Assembly: GCA_025786725.1 (NCBI GenBank)
Contig: JAHLTZ010000012.1
Coordinates: 372,001-436,000, forward strand
Direction of reading: 5' to 3'
DNA: 64,000 bases
Origin: Syncephalis fuscata S228
Taxonomy: Eukaryota > Fungi > Zoopagomycota
Under the pieces are notes generated by a model. That model was not told where the DNA came from and did no database searches. It worked only from the letters and a program-made list of their open reading frames with translations. This document shows, in pieces, positions 16,701-26,867 of the stretch. The position numbers and the translations under genes are program-made. Position 1 is the first letter of the stretch; each line of letters opens with the position of its first letter.

Positions 16701-17493
16701 GTTAACAAATTGCAAACCAAAACCCAATAAGTAGGTTTGGAAACAAGACATTGGCCAGAATAGCCGAGGAAAACAATTGGGACTAACTTCAAAAAATAGT
16801 GCTGTGTAGCACCATTTAAAGGAAGATGGCCCCCGTGTGAAATCTATATAAACCGGATTTTATGCAAAAAAGTGGCAGTCCACCCGTTAATTTAAAAAAA
16901 TTCAATATAGTGGAAGCAGCGTAAACTCTTTAATTATGTGCAGCGGGGGCTCACAAGTTCTTCAAAATAAAAATAGAAATAATACACAATACGCCTTACC
17001 ATCTATGCCATTAAGTTGTCGATACACACAATACATGGTATAATTAATTTATGTCAGCAACATACAATACCACCTACTGCCTATTAGTATTAATTCATTG
17101 ATACACATAGTACATAACATATAATTAATCAATGTTCAATTAGTATACAATACAACTTGCATTCCTCTAATATTAAGTTATTTATGAATACAGTACATGA
17201 CATATAATTAGTGTATGCTCTATTAATATGCAATACAACTTACTAGCTATTGATATTAAGTTATTGATAAACACAACACATAACATGTAATTAGTGAGTA
17301 ATTAATATACAATATAACTTACGGCCTATTATAGTTATTATTTATAAATACTATTAGTAAGTATAATGCTATAGTATATTTATTAATATCACAACATACC
17401 ACGACGAACTAGAGTTGGTTTAGCATCCACCATGGCTGTAACGGCCGCAAGCGCAACGATAATGGCACAAACGACAGCAATAAAAAGCTTCAT
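13742..17493 (-). CDS. Micro-exon gene A: secreted cysteine-rich peptide precursor (68 aa); 94-nt first exon, 35 micro-exons, 5-nt terminal coding exon
   Basis: Exon 1 (17493-17400) = MKLFIAVVCAIIVALAAVTAMVDAKPTLVRR+G, then GTATGT. Micro-exons, each flanked by TAG and GT (two GCAAGT) donors: gcc cta aggaat gca atg ctt gca tgg cca aat gca tgg agg gca agg acc agg atc gcg ggc ctt ggg agg aat gtc gaa ata ttt ctt gtt ata ggt tct gcg gac. Last exon is CAG|CA TAA (13746-13742). Spliced total is 207 nt with no internal stop. Confidence 0.88.
15029..15367 (+). mobile_element. SINE-like insertion (tRNA-like head, A-rich tail) in an intron of micro-exon gene A
   Basis: A-box-like TAGCTTAGTAGCTAAAG and B-box-like GAGTTTAAATCTC, with tail AAAATAAAAAATAAAAA. 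Flanked by AATATATAATAC (15017-15028) and AATATACAATAC (15368-15379), consistent with a 12-bp TSD. Confidence 0.65.
16586..16980 (+). mobile_element. Second copy of the SINE-like insertion at the equivalent intron position
   Basis: Head identical to the 15029 copy, ~55 bp longer internally; flanks AATATATAATAC (16574-16585) and AATACACAATAC (16981-16992). Confidence 0.65.
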
Positions 17494-19690
17494 GGTGATA
17501 TTGATTTGTTAAGACAAACAAATAAAAAGATAGTAGAGTGTGGTTAGTATAAAGTAAAGAGTAAAGAGTATTTAGCAGAAAGTAGAGTGCTGATGGTGAT
17601 ATCGCAGTTGGTGGTTGTGTATATTCTGTGGGCTATTTAAACTTATGGTTACGCCGAGATATTAATATACTGTAGTATACAAGATATATTATTGATGTGT
17701 AATATGAACCAATAAAACAATCCAAATAGTGGTCTGAAGTGCGTATATATTAATAGATTTATGGCGTGACAGTATGTTTCCCAGTCTTGATTTTGATTTG
17801 CTCGGCATTTACACAAATGACACGGTAATTTTAATGAACAATACATATGCGATAGATACATGTACATTATCTGTACTTTCTATTACACGGTCTAACTATT
17901 TGGTAAAAACAGGTATATTGTTTGGTTTTGTAAAAACGATAATGATGCCTTTGCTGTCACTTCCACCAAATGACTCGGGCCCCAATATCTGCATACATAC
18001 AAATAGCGTACAACATTGACGCAAAAAACAAGTTCAATATATCAAAATGGTATTTTATACAAGCTTTTACTGCCATACATAAGCCAGTTGTGATTTTTTA
18101 GATTATAAAGTGTGTTGATTGGTACATGAGTGCATTTCATTTGACACTATTCCCATTATTATGGGGTAATCATTGCTTTGAATTCACAAATGCATCGCAT
18201 CCAGACATATCATGCTACATGTAGTGCAACCACTATCATTCAAATAGCGGCTAATCCAATTATCTAAAGTCGTCTGTACAATAAGTACCGTTTGTAGCAT
18301 GATGCATCGCGGCATTTTGAGCAATGGAACATTCCAACAAGCCATTTTTATCAATTTTCAGCTGTGAACTAATCGCATTGTCTAAATTCTACATAATGTA
18401 ACATGCAGACACTAGACTAGACACAATAGAAAGTTCTGCTCAAATACCAGCAATTTCGAGTGCATAATGTCAATGGATTGTACATAAACCGGTAATCGTC
18501 CAAGGCTTAAGTACTGCTTACATTTCTGAAACCAATCGTGACAAGTCAAGCAAGATGAAATACAGAAGAGCAAATCAAAGCAGAAACCAATGGAAAAACA
18601 ATTGGCAGCTCAAAGGTTTACTGGTTTAACCTATAGCAAATCATTACAGCTATGCTATGCTGAACTGCGTTTATCAAAAGTTGGTTGTTGCTGATGCAGT
18701 TAGAACAGCAGCGTTAAACTAAGCTAACGCACAGAAAACAGAGAGTTGTAGATAAAATTGAATTAACAAGTTTAGTAATTAAATTATTTATTATTGTCAC
18801 TATACTTTATAATTCTGACTGTTTGTACGGATAATATTTACAATCACAATCTAACTTTTTATATACTTGCATGTACATGACCACCATCTAAGCCAACTAT
18901 TATAAGTTTTAATTTAATTACTTATTAAAGCAGCTAATATTATACATTATTACAATAATATAAAGACAAATTGTTTTTGTTTATTGATCATTAATAAAAG
19001 TTGTATAGTTATATATTAAAATAAAATAAAACATTGGATTGAGCGCGTAATATTTACATGATCAAATCATTTTACTTTGGCTCTCACATTTTTTGTTTAC
19101 TCCTTTCACTCCCGTTTCCTATCGCTATCTTATTGTTTTACTCAATAATATATTATACAATAATGCCAAATATAACAATATAAATAACATGTGTATTCGA
19201 ACATTAATAAAAAACATTAATAAAGAACATTATTCAATTCCTAGTCTTTATTTCTCTTATTTTACATCAACACCTGTTCAAGTAATTTCAACGGCATGCT
19301 GTATTCTCTAGTTACAACTGTCGCCACAAGATCTTCCTAATGAAAACACTCAACCCAGCATTATTGTATATGGTGGAGGCCATTTGCTTTATTAATGGTT
19401 GGCAAATAAACTGCACCTACCAAGTTGATACCAAGAATGCTCAAGACAATAGTGAACATCAGAAATGCTGGTCGTTCTACCTTTTTTAGCACCATAAGCG
19501 AGTATTTTACATTACAAATATGCCCAAAATGCAATATTAGAATATTAGAAAATAAAAGAGACCATTCAGACGCAAAAAAACTACACTGTACATAGTAACA
19601 ATAACAACTAAGGGATAACATGAAATTGCAATCATATGGCTTCTATTAATATTCAATCAATTTTTCTACACTTGGCCACAACAATAATAA
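17494..19690. repeat. Upstream/promoter arm of cassette A; inverted copy at ~50640-53146
   Basis: 18040-19690 is the reverse complement of ~50640-52270 with scattered substitutions. The proximal 17494-18040 is homologous but more diverged. Both genes share ATCACC-ATG and a TTTAAATA TATA-like box. Confidence 0.92.
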
Positions 19691-19780
19691 TAATTGGCCT
19701 CGTGAATTAAAAAATAGTTAAATAAAAACATCATAACTATGTTTTTGTACATAACAGTACGACTTGAATTGGGAAATTTT
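19066..19780. mobile_element. Non-autonomous short-TIR element forming the outer end of the cassette arm (right end eroded)
   Basis: Begins CATTTTACTTTGGCTCTC. Positions 19636-19770 match the family subterminal sequence (CTACAC.TGGCCA..ACAA) also seen at ~37940, ~50660 (inverted) and ~61365. Confidence 0.55.
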
Positions 19781-19784
19781 AAAA

Positions 19785-20075
19785 AAAGCTAAAAATGCCT
19801 GATAAGAAAAAGCCAATTACAATAAATGCAACGAATTTTAATCTAAAACTGCTTATTTAAATAATTTAGCTAATCGTAGCAATATCAACAGCAATACCAA
19901 TCGTGCTTTGTTTGTTAAAAGACTTTTAATAATATCCATGTGGCAAATACAACTTAAAAATACAATACAAAAATATAATATGTAAGGATTAGAACTAATA
20001 GTATTGAACTAGTGGTTAATGTTGAAACAAATGTTTTTATTAAACAAATACAAACTACTAATGAAATAGCTATTA
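19785..20075 (+). repeat. Direct repeat copy of 12160-12450
   Basis: Colinear similarity to 12160-12450. Confidence 0.85.
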
Positions 20076-20623
20076 GAAAAAGAAAAGAAAATACCATTAA
20101 AGAGTATTTAATCAGTGGTAAACGTCATTACAAGAAAACTAAGTGTGGGCAAGCAAAAAAATAATTTTATAATAAATAAATTTTATAAATTTAAAACAGT
20201 ATTTTTTTGTAAATAAAATCAAAAAACGACGTATTTTGGTTAATTCACCATTGTTAATACTTTTGTAGTGCGGTTCTGTCGGCACCTAAGCCTGACACCT
20301 GGGCCTCTGGTATATCACCCATAACGGTATGAGTTCCGTGGACGTTTGCTTTTATTGCTTGATTTGATGAATAATACCCTTCTATTCAGAAGGACAAGTA
20401 CAATAAATATTTTTTTACAGATACTTGGACCTGTCTAATTAGAATACTACATAATTCTTTAGCACAATAAAAATAAAAATTAATTCAAAAACTTTCTTTT
20501 TATTCTAAAGTGTGTTTTGCATCCTCTTATTTATGCATCAACGATACAGCTAACACTTCACGGCAATGCCGAGCTACATGGTCACATTGTCATCAAAGGT
20601 CATAATCGTCATTCCTTTGCCAA

Positions 20624-21481
20624 TTAGTCAATTTTCTTTCCACACTTTGGTAGTTTTGTTACACGAATCCAATCGATATCCATCGACATTTCCTTGACAT
20701 TCAATGGTGCCTTTGTACCAAATCCTGGCTCAATGGCAAGGTTAATAATAAGATAGAATGGCTTGTTGAATGGCCATTCCTTTGGATCACTAGTTGTTGG
20801 TGGTGAATAGCTGCCGTAGATCTTGCCATCGAGGAGAAAATCAAATCGATTTTCAGTCCAAACAACCGAATAAGTGTGCCATTGACTGGGGTCGTTTCCT
20901 TCGGCCCAGAAAGACTTGGCTGTGGCACCATGGAACTTGGCAAAATGAAGCCCTCCTGGTGTACGAACTCGATGGGGTTCAAAATTCTTGTTCCAAAGCG
21001 ATTGGTACTCACCAATATCCACTTCGCCACTTGCTGGCCAAATGCCATAGGCATTATCTTGTGGCAACATCCATATGGCGGGGAATGCACCATCGGTGAT
21101 GGGCATGCGGGCACGGACATCGACACGGCCATAAGTAAAGGTGAACTTGCCACGGGTAGTAATCTTGCTTGATGCCCATCGATCACCCTGAGTGCGCTTT
21201 GCTGTAATGCGTAGGTATCTTCCTCTGTAGCCAGTCATCAAACTAGCCTTATCGTATATTTGATGCTCGTTGTTGCCCCATCCACAAATGCCAACGTCGC
21301 AGCCATCGCCCAAGTCATAGCCCCAAGCAGTGGTGTTTAGTGTTTTGGCATTGAAGCTGTCTTCAAATATAACGGCTGGCTTGGGCTTACAGTAATTGCT
21401 TGATATTGATGGCATATTTTCAGGATCGGCCATTGCCGGTAGAATAACGGCGCTGACGATGCATAGATATTTCCAGACCAT
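20624..21481 (-). CDS. Secreted GH16 beta-1,3-glucanase (laminarinase-like), intronless
   Basis: Signal peptide, GWGNNEHQ.Y, FTYGRVDVRARMP, FPAIWMLP, catalytic WPASGEVDIGE (ExDxxE) and WPFNKPFYLIINLA. Confidence 0.95.
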   Translation of the reverse strand: MVWKYLCIVSAVILPAMADPENMPSISSNYCKPKPAVIFEDSFNAKTLNTTAWGYDLGDGCDVGICGWGNNEHQIYDKASLMTGYRGRYLRITAKRTQGDRWASSKITTRGKFTFTYGRVDVRARMPITDGAFPAIWMLPQDNAYGIWPASGEVDIGEYQSLWNKNFEPHRVRTPGGLHFAKFHGATAKSFWAEGNDPSQWHTYSVVWTENRFDFLLDGKIYGSYSPPTTSDPKEWPFNKPFYLIINLAIEPGFGTKAPLNVKEMSMDIDWIRVTKLPKCGKKID

Positions 21482-21562
21482 GGCTGTCTAATAAAATGCT
21501 GTTGAAAATAAAATAAAAACGCTTATGAATAATCAATAACTAAATAATCAGAAAGTGACCAG

Positions 21563-21629
21563 TGCGTGCGTATATGTGTGTATGTGTGTGCGTGTGCGTG
21601 TGCGTGTGTGTCTGTGTGTGTGTGTGTGT
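21563..21629. repeat. (GT)n/(GC)n microsatellite upstream of the GH16 gene
   Basis: Visible tgtgtgcgtgtgcgtgtg... run. Confidence 0.85.
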
Positions 21630-22879
21630 ACTTTAGCCAAAATATGCGCCAGTATTTATATTAAAGTAGGCAGTCTTTGCCAACAAGTAATTTGCTTGAA
21701 GTTATGCACGTGGTCTTTTGCACTTCGACAACTTGCGTTAACATCGTGGTCACATGTACCAATTAAATTTAAGGATTGGCCTTAGCCAAACAGCAATGGA
21801 CCAACAATACATGGTTGAAACATAATTAGAAGTTTGTATAAACTTGCCATTACTTCACTATATGTCAAATAGCTCTATGTTAATTATGTTAATTATTTAT
21901 TTTTAGTTCCAATTAGTAAACAATGTATTAAAAAACCAAACTGACTATTCAAGGCTGCTGATAATTGTTGGCAAAAATGAATTGCCTAAATGAGCTTGTG
22001 TAACAGAAATGTTTGAGCTTTGCAGGCCACAGTAGTCCAAGGAAATATCAGTTAAAACAATTATATCGTTACTAATATTTATCCATGTTTTAAATTTTGT
22101 TTCTGGTGTTCTTTAAACCAATAAAAAGCTTACTAAATGATACAGACACGTACCTTATGGTTTGACTTAGTCTATTTATACATGTACCGCTGCTACTAAA
22201 AATGATTGTAAGTAACTTGGCAAAAAACTGGTTTTTACACAGAAAACTAAACTTGCCTATATTATTATTGTTACTGACATTAGTGATATTTATATAGAAT
22301 ATCTGATATAATGCTGTGCAAAAATTAACATCAGTATGATTATAAATAAGTTAGAATTAAATACAACATTGATATACTTTCATATTTATACGAAAGATTT
22401 AGCAGTAAGCTAGCACTTTGAAAATGCTTTTTTCATTTTCATGTTTCTGCTAATATATATAAAGTATTTTTAATATATTTTATGGCATTTACAAGCAATA
22501 TATGTATTTGCACTATCTTTTTTTACCATGAGGCGATATGGTGATGTAGCTATGATAAAGTTCAGGGAAGCATTATATTCTTCTCTAAAAATGAGTCAAC
22601 ATACAGTATAACGATTACAATTTCAAAGGGACATTAAGTCTCTTTTATTATAATTCATTAGATTGATGCATCTACGGCGGCATTTAAAAAGAGATATTAT
22701 ATATATATATAATTATGTAATGAGCACATTAAATATATAATAAATAGCCCACAGTTGTGCATAGCCTTGTTTTTATTTACTCATTTTAATGTTTATTTTC
22801 TTTATTGCATAGCAATTATAGCGTGATTATTTTATTTAATTATGCTTATAAACATTCATCAGCAGCATTTTTGGAAAAA

Positions 22880-23330
22880 CCATAAAATTCATTATATTTA
22901 TGTCGTTTTATGAAAGATAAAGAAACAGTATTTTTTCAATAGCTGTAAGATTATTTATCAAACAATAGCCTATTTACCTGATTACTGGGAACAGAAATAT
23001 AGGCAAACATTTCCACTAGGTGATGACGAAACAAGAATGGCTTACATGGTATAACTGGCATATCAATGTTAAAACTAAAAGAGTCTACATACAATGTAAA
23101 TCAGGCAAACCAAAAACATTTATTATCATCTACTATTATCAATGTTGATAAAAATCCCTATGATGTTCCACATATTAATCATTTGCCGCTTGTTTGTAAT
23201 TTTGGTTCTATTCGATGGTTCTATGCTTATTATCAACGTCGACAATACGATAGCTTTAGCTTTATACTTTTGTGTTTAAATATGAATCTTAAATGGCCAA
23301 GCTGCAATTTACCCTGGCATTATCTCATAG
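22880..23330 (+). pseudogene. Truncated fragment of the F-box-like paralog family
   Basis: GATTACTGGGAACAGAAATATAGGCAAACATTTCCACTAGGTGA...GAATGGCTTACATGGTATAACTGGCAT closely matches 27009-27091; frameshifted and lacking the C-terminus. Confidence 0.8.
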
Positions 23331-23983
23331 TTTCAGTATTTGATGTTTGCAAATACTTTCTTTAACGCTCAAAATATAACATGTTAACTTATTAGTATTA
23401 ATAATAAATTTATTCTATTTGTTATATTTGAATTGTAATAGTTTATAGTAAACGAGAGATGAAGCTAAAAAAGTAAAATAAGATTAAGCCTATTGATGTT
23501 TATCGATATCAAGTAAAACTATCATTTTATAGCGAATATGACTAATAGTAAAACTTGAATGATGTATACTAATTTGTTTTTAACGTGTGTTATTACCACA
23601 CATGACTATATATAATAAACAATAGGCTGTTGATTATATCTTTTATAGCCTTTTTCGCCTAATAATAAATATTAGACGGATTATAAATTATTAGTATGGT
23701 GAGCATAATAACAAAACTTTAAGTACCATATTAGTGGCAGTGATCGCACAATGTTTTTCTTACCAACACAGCAAACATAATTGGTAACACAGCTTAAGAC
23801 ACAAGATTTAATATTAATTGCTGCACTTTTTTTGTAGAAAATGTCAAGTGCCCAGCACAAGACTGTTGTTTATTTATTTTTCATTTCAGTACGTTAGTAC
23901 AGCTACAATCTGCTGTTACAACTAAGCGTTGTGCAAATAAATAGCTGTAATATTTCATTCATCTTCGTAAACCTCCTGGCATT

Positions 23984-24964
23984 TCATAACCTTCTTTCTT
24001 TTCTTCGACTTTCCTTTGTCTGATTTTTCTTCCTTACCAGAAGACTTGGAAGAGTCGGAACCAGTGTTTTAGTAGGTGGAACTTCAGAAGAATCACCTTT
24101 CACATATGGATGGTTTGCTTCACTGTTGCCTTTAACACCAATGCCTGGATTGTCATTTGTTGCAATAAATACTGTTCTAACACTGTTGTCCTCACGGGCA
24201 GCATCATCGTTGTGGAAGCGATTCCACGGAAGCTTGGCTGGTGGCATATTGACGGGCTTTCTGCCATTACCTCCTTCACCAACTACTGTACCTTCACGAG
24301 TAGGCTGGGCTCCAGACGGAATAGTAACAATCTTGCGATTGAAAAAGTGTTCTTTACCGTCTTTCTTAGCATCAGTATTGGCCCATTCAGGAATTCTTGG
24401 CCTGCCAGGCAACTGACCAACGAACAATTCGGGACCGGTAAGACTGCCTGTGTTACTGCCACCGTTGATTTCAATGTCAACACAGTTCATATAGTATTCA
24501 CGGTTGCCTTCGGCGTTCATCCAAGTCCAGGCAAATATTGCTTCTCCGTTCTTGGCCCCCTTAGGCAATGGAATATTGTAGACCCATGGGGCTTTGTCCA
24601 AAAAGCATAAGTCAATGATAGTTTTAAGCACCACCCAGTTTTGACCATTGTCATAGGAAATTGCAAACTGACAATGTCCACCTCGGTGCGAGTTACCGGT
24701 CTTAAACATTACAGGGAACGACTTGCCAGCCGTATACTTGGCCATAACCGGACCTTTTCTTTGATGGCGGCACGGAAACTTGCCAAGGAATCTGTGGTCG
24801 TTCAATGGCGCATTAAGATCGTAGTCGGCAATTCCAAAGTATTGTTTTTGTATACGTGCGTCACCGCGAGGGATGGGAGCAAATAATCTCATGTGACCAG
24901 CCACGTTTTGTAGTGCACTAAGACCAAGCATGGCCATAGTGGCAATTTTCGTTAGATTCATCAT
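23984..24964 (-). CDS. Secreted lytic polysaccharide monooxygenase, AA11-like (chitin-active type), intronless
   Basis: Signal peptide followed by His1 (AG|HMRLFAP), second His in SHRGGHCQFAISYD, and FAWTWMNAEGNREYYMNCVDI; low-complexity C-terminal tail. Confidence 0.88.
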   Translation of the reverse strand: MMNLTKIATMAMLGLSALQNVAGHMRLFAPIPRGDARIQKQYFGIADYDLNAPLNDHRFLGKFPCRHQRKGPVMAKYTAGKSFPVMFKTGNSHRGGHCQFAISYDNGQNWVVLKTIIDLCFLDKAPWVYNIPLPKGAKNGEAIFAWTWMNAEGNREYYMNCVDIEINGGSNTGSLTGPELFVGQLPGRPRIPEWANTDAKKDGKEHFFNRKIVTIPSGAQPTREGTVVGEGGNGRKPVNMPPAKLPWNRFHNDDAAREDNSVRTVFIATNDNPGIGVKGNSEANHPYVKGDSSEVPPTKTLVPTLPSLLVRKKNQTKESRRKERRL

Positions 24965-26867
24965 GATTCGTTATCGGATAGTGTGTTTGGACGTAAAAAA
25001 ATAGTGGTTAATTGATTTAACAAGGCACCAGGCCGTTGTGTAGAAGAACGTTAGAAAGTGGGACAAAGAGCTGGAGGAACGTTACAAGGATATAGAATCC
25101 TAGTTTGCATTTGCACAAGCGATGCCTTTTATGAGAATTCGATCGATAAAGCTTTATTATTGGTGTTACATAGCTGGTATTGTAGTTGTATCAAAAACTA
25201 GTAATTTAAGGCCTATCAATACTACAGAAACAATAGCATTCAATGGTTTCTATCCTATCATTTAGCAAGTGTTTTCAATTGCAAATTAGACATTGATACG
25301 TATTCGAGAGTGCTGGCAGAAATGTTTGATATGTATGGAGTGCATTATCACAACATGTGCAACTCCGTTATTTTTTTTGAAATACTGATTGCCATTTAAT
25401 ACATGGTTTCAAATGGCAAGTAAGCGCAACATAATATTGTTCATATTACTTTATTGCGTCCTTACCAGTTATCACTGAACTTCATTAATCCGACACGAAA
25501 CGTTTTTTCATGTACCCCGATCACACATCTGCTCAAACTTCCAACGCCCCACTCCATAATCTAGTGTCTTAACTATTAATTATATTGTTTTCTGTTCTTT
25601 TGATAATCTTGTTTAATAAATACAACAATGTGAATCAGTTAAAACAGAGAGATCAAATAGGCTATTAAATTGTAAATAAATATTTAATGCTTAGATTGTG
25701 TAAAATCTTCAATGCTATGCATTCAAAATCCTTCAAAATAGGAGTAAAACAATGTTATACTAGGACAATCGGTACCTTACCAATAAATGCTCATACCGGC
25801 TACTGGGTGTTACACAAAAGGTTTTGGCATGAAATAAATATTGAGCAACAATGTGTCATATAATAATAATGTATATAATTTGTTATAATGTGTAAGAACA
25901 TATCTTATAATTAATTACACGTTATGGACATGTTTAAAACCATTAACAATAATATCATGTACAATATTGACTATGCTGTGATGTAATTGTGAATACTATA
26001 TAGCTCAACAACGTCCGGCTAATTGCTATTGACGCAGTATATTAATAGACATGAAGTGCAATAAAAAAATAAACAGTTTTAAGGTTTAAATAGAATAATC
26101 TAACGTCAAATCGTTGAGTGAAATATGCGATTGTATTGGATTAATTTGCAACAGTAATTACAAAATGGTACATGATAAAGTTTATTAGTATTAGGTTCTT
26201 TTTGAATATAAGCGGGTTAATTTCGTTTTGTTTTTACTTACTTGATGGAATTGATAATAAAGTGTAAAAAATAAAGTTACGCTTAATTTCTCATGATAAG
26301 CCGCTGCGTTTTTATGTAATTTAGTCTATAGGTTATTTGATATATTGTTATTATCCTATTTAGCATTATAAATTGCTAATTTTCACATTCAGTAATTCGT
26401 AAATAAATACTTTTGCATAAATATCAGGTGCTATCTTCAAATAATACGAAGATAGTTATATAAATGTTTTTTTACAAGTGAGTATCGGTGACTGTTAGTT
26501 CGATAGTTTGGTATGTAATTTAAGAGCTAAAAATATATAAAAAATAAGCAAATTGGCAAGATAAAAGCCAAGGCAAGTTAAGTTGTTCAAACAGGAAAAA
26601 TATGTATAGCATCAGGCCTATGCCTTTCGCTACAATGTGACCATTGATGACACATCTTATTAGCAGCCCATATCTACAATTACTTGTAAATAGATATATA
26701 TATTTTATTCTTACTCAATAAAAAGCAATAATCTATCTATTTTTACTGTATCTTTTTACTCATACCTATTTGCAGTCTTTATTGCGATAGCAAGTGTTCG
26801 TATTTTCACTGCATTGCACAAACTGTTCTCAACATACCAATTTTAATATTGCTATTTCTATTTAAAC

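Larger units (their letters stand above)
13747..17399 (-). repeat. Tandem array of 36 related introns (period mostly 77-83 bp); forward-strand signature CTTAC-NNN-CTATTAATATT
   Basis: Micro-exon forward coordinates: 13818, 13901, 13984, 14064, 14145, 14224, 14307, 14386, 14467, 14548, 14628, 14711, 14792, 14873, 14955, 15387, 15470, 15553, 15632, 15709, 15790, 15871, 15950, 16029, 16108, 16191, 16269, 16352, 16433, 16512, 17000, 17078, 17161, 17244, 17323. Many units have a branch-like TACTGAT/TACTAAT upstream of the AG. Confidence 0.95.

Noticed and set aside
13747-17399. CRISPR array or plain minisatellite interpretation of the ~80-bp repeats (also 53241-54264)
   Set aside because: Eukaryotic context with no cas genes. 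The variable part is only 3 nt and sits between canonical acceptor and donor sites, so the intron/micro-exon model fits better.
18480-18760. Coding-like stretches in the cassette arms (also ~12580-12850)
   Set aside because: Short open frames with stops and no recognisable motif; cannot be assigned to a transposase or gene.
20701-24886. Overlapping antisense or alternate-frame ORFs on GH16 and LPMO, and similar ones over other genes
   Set aside because: Shadow ORFs of well-supported genes.
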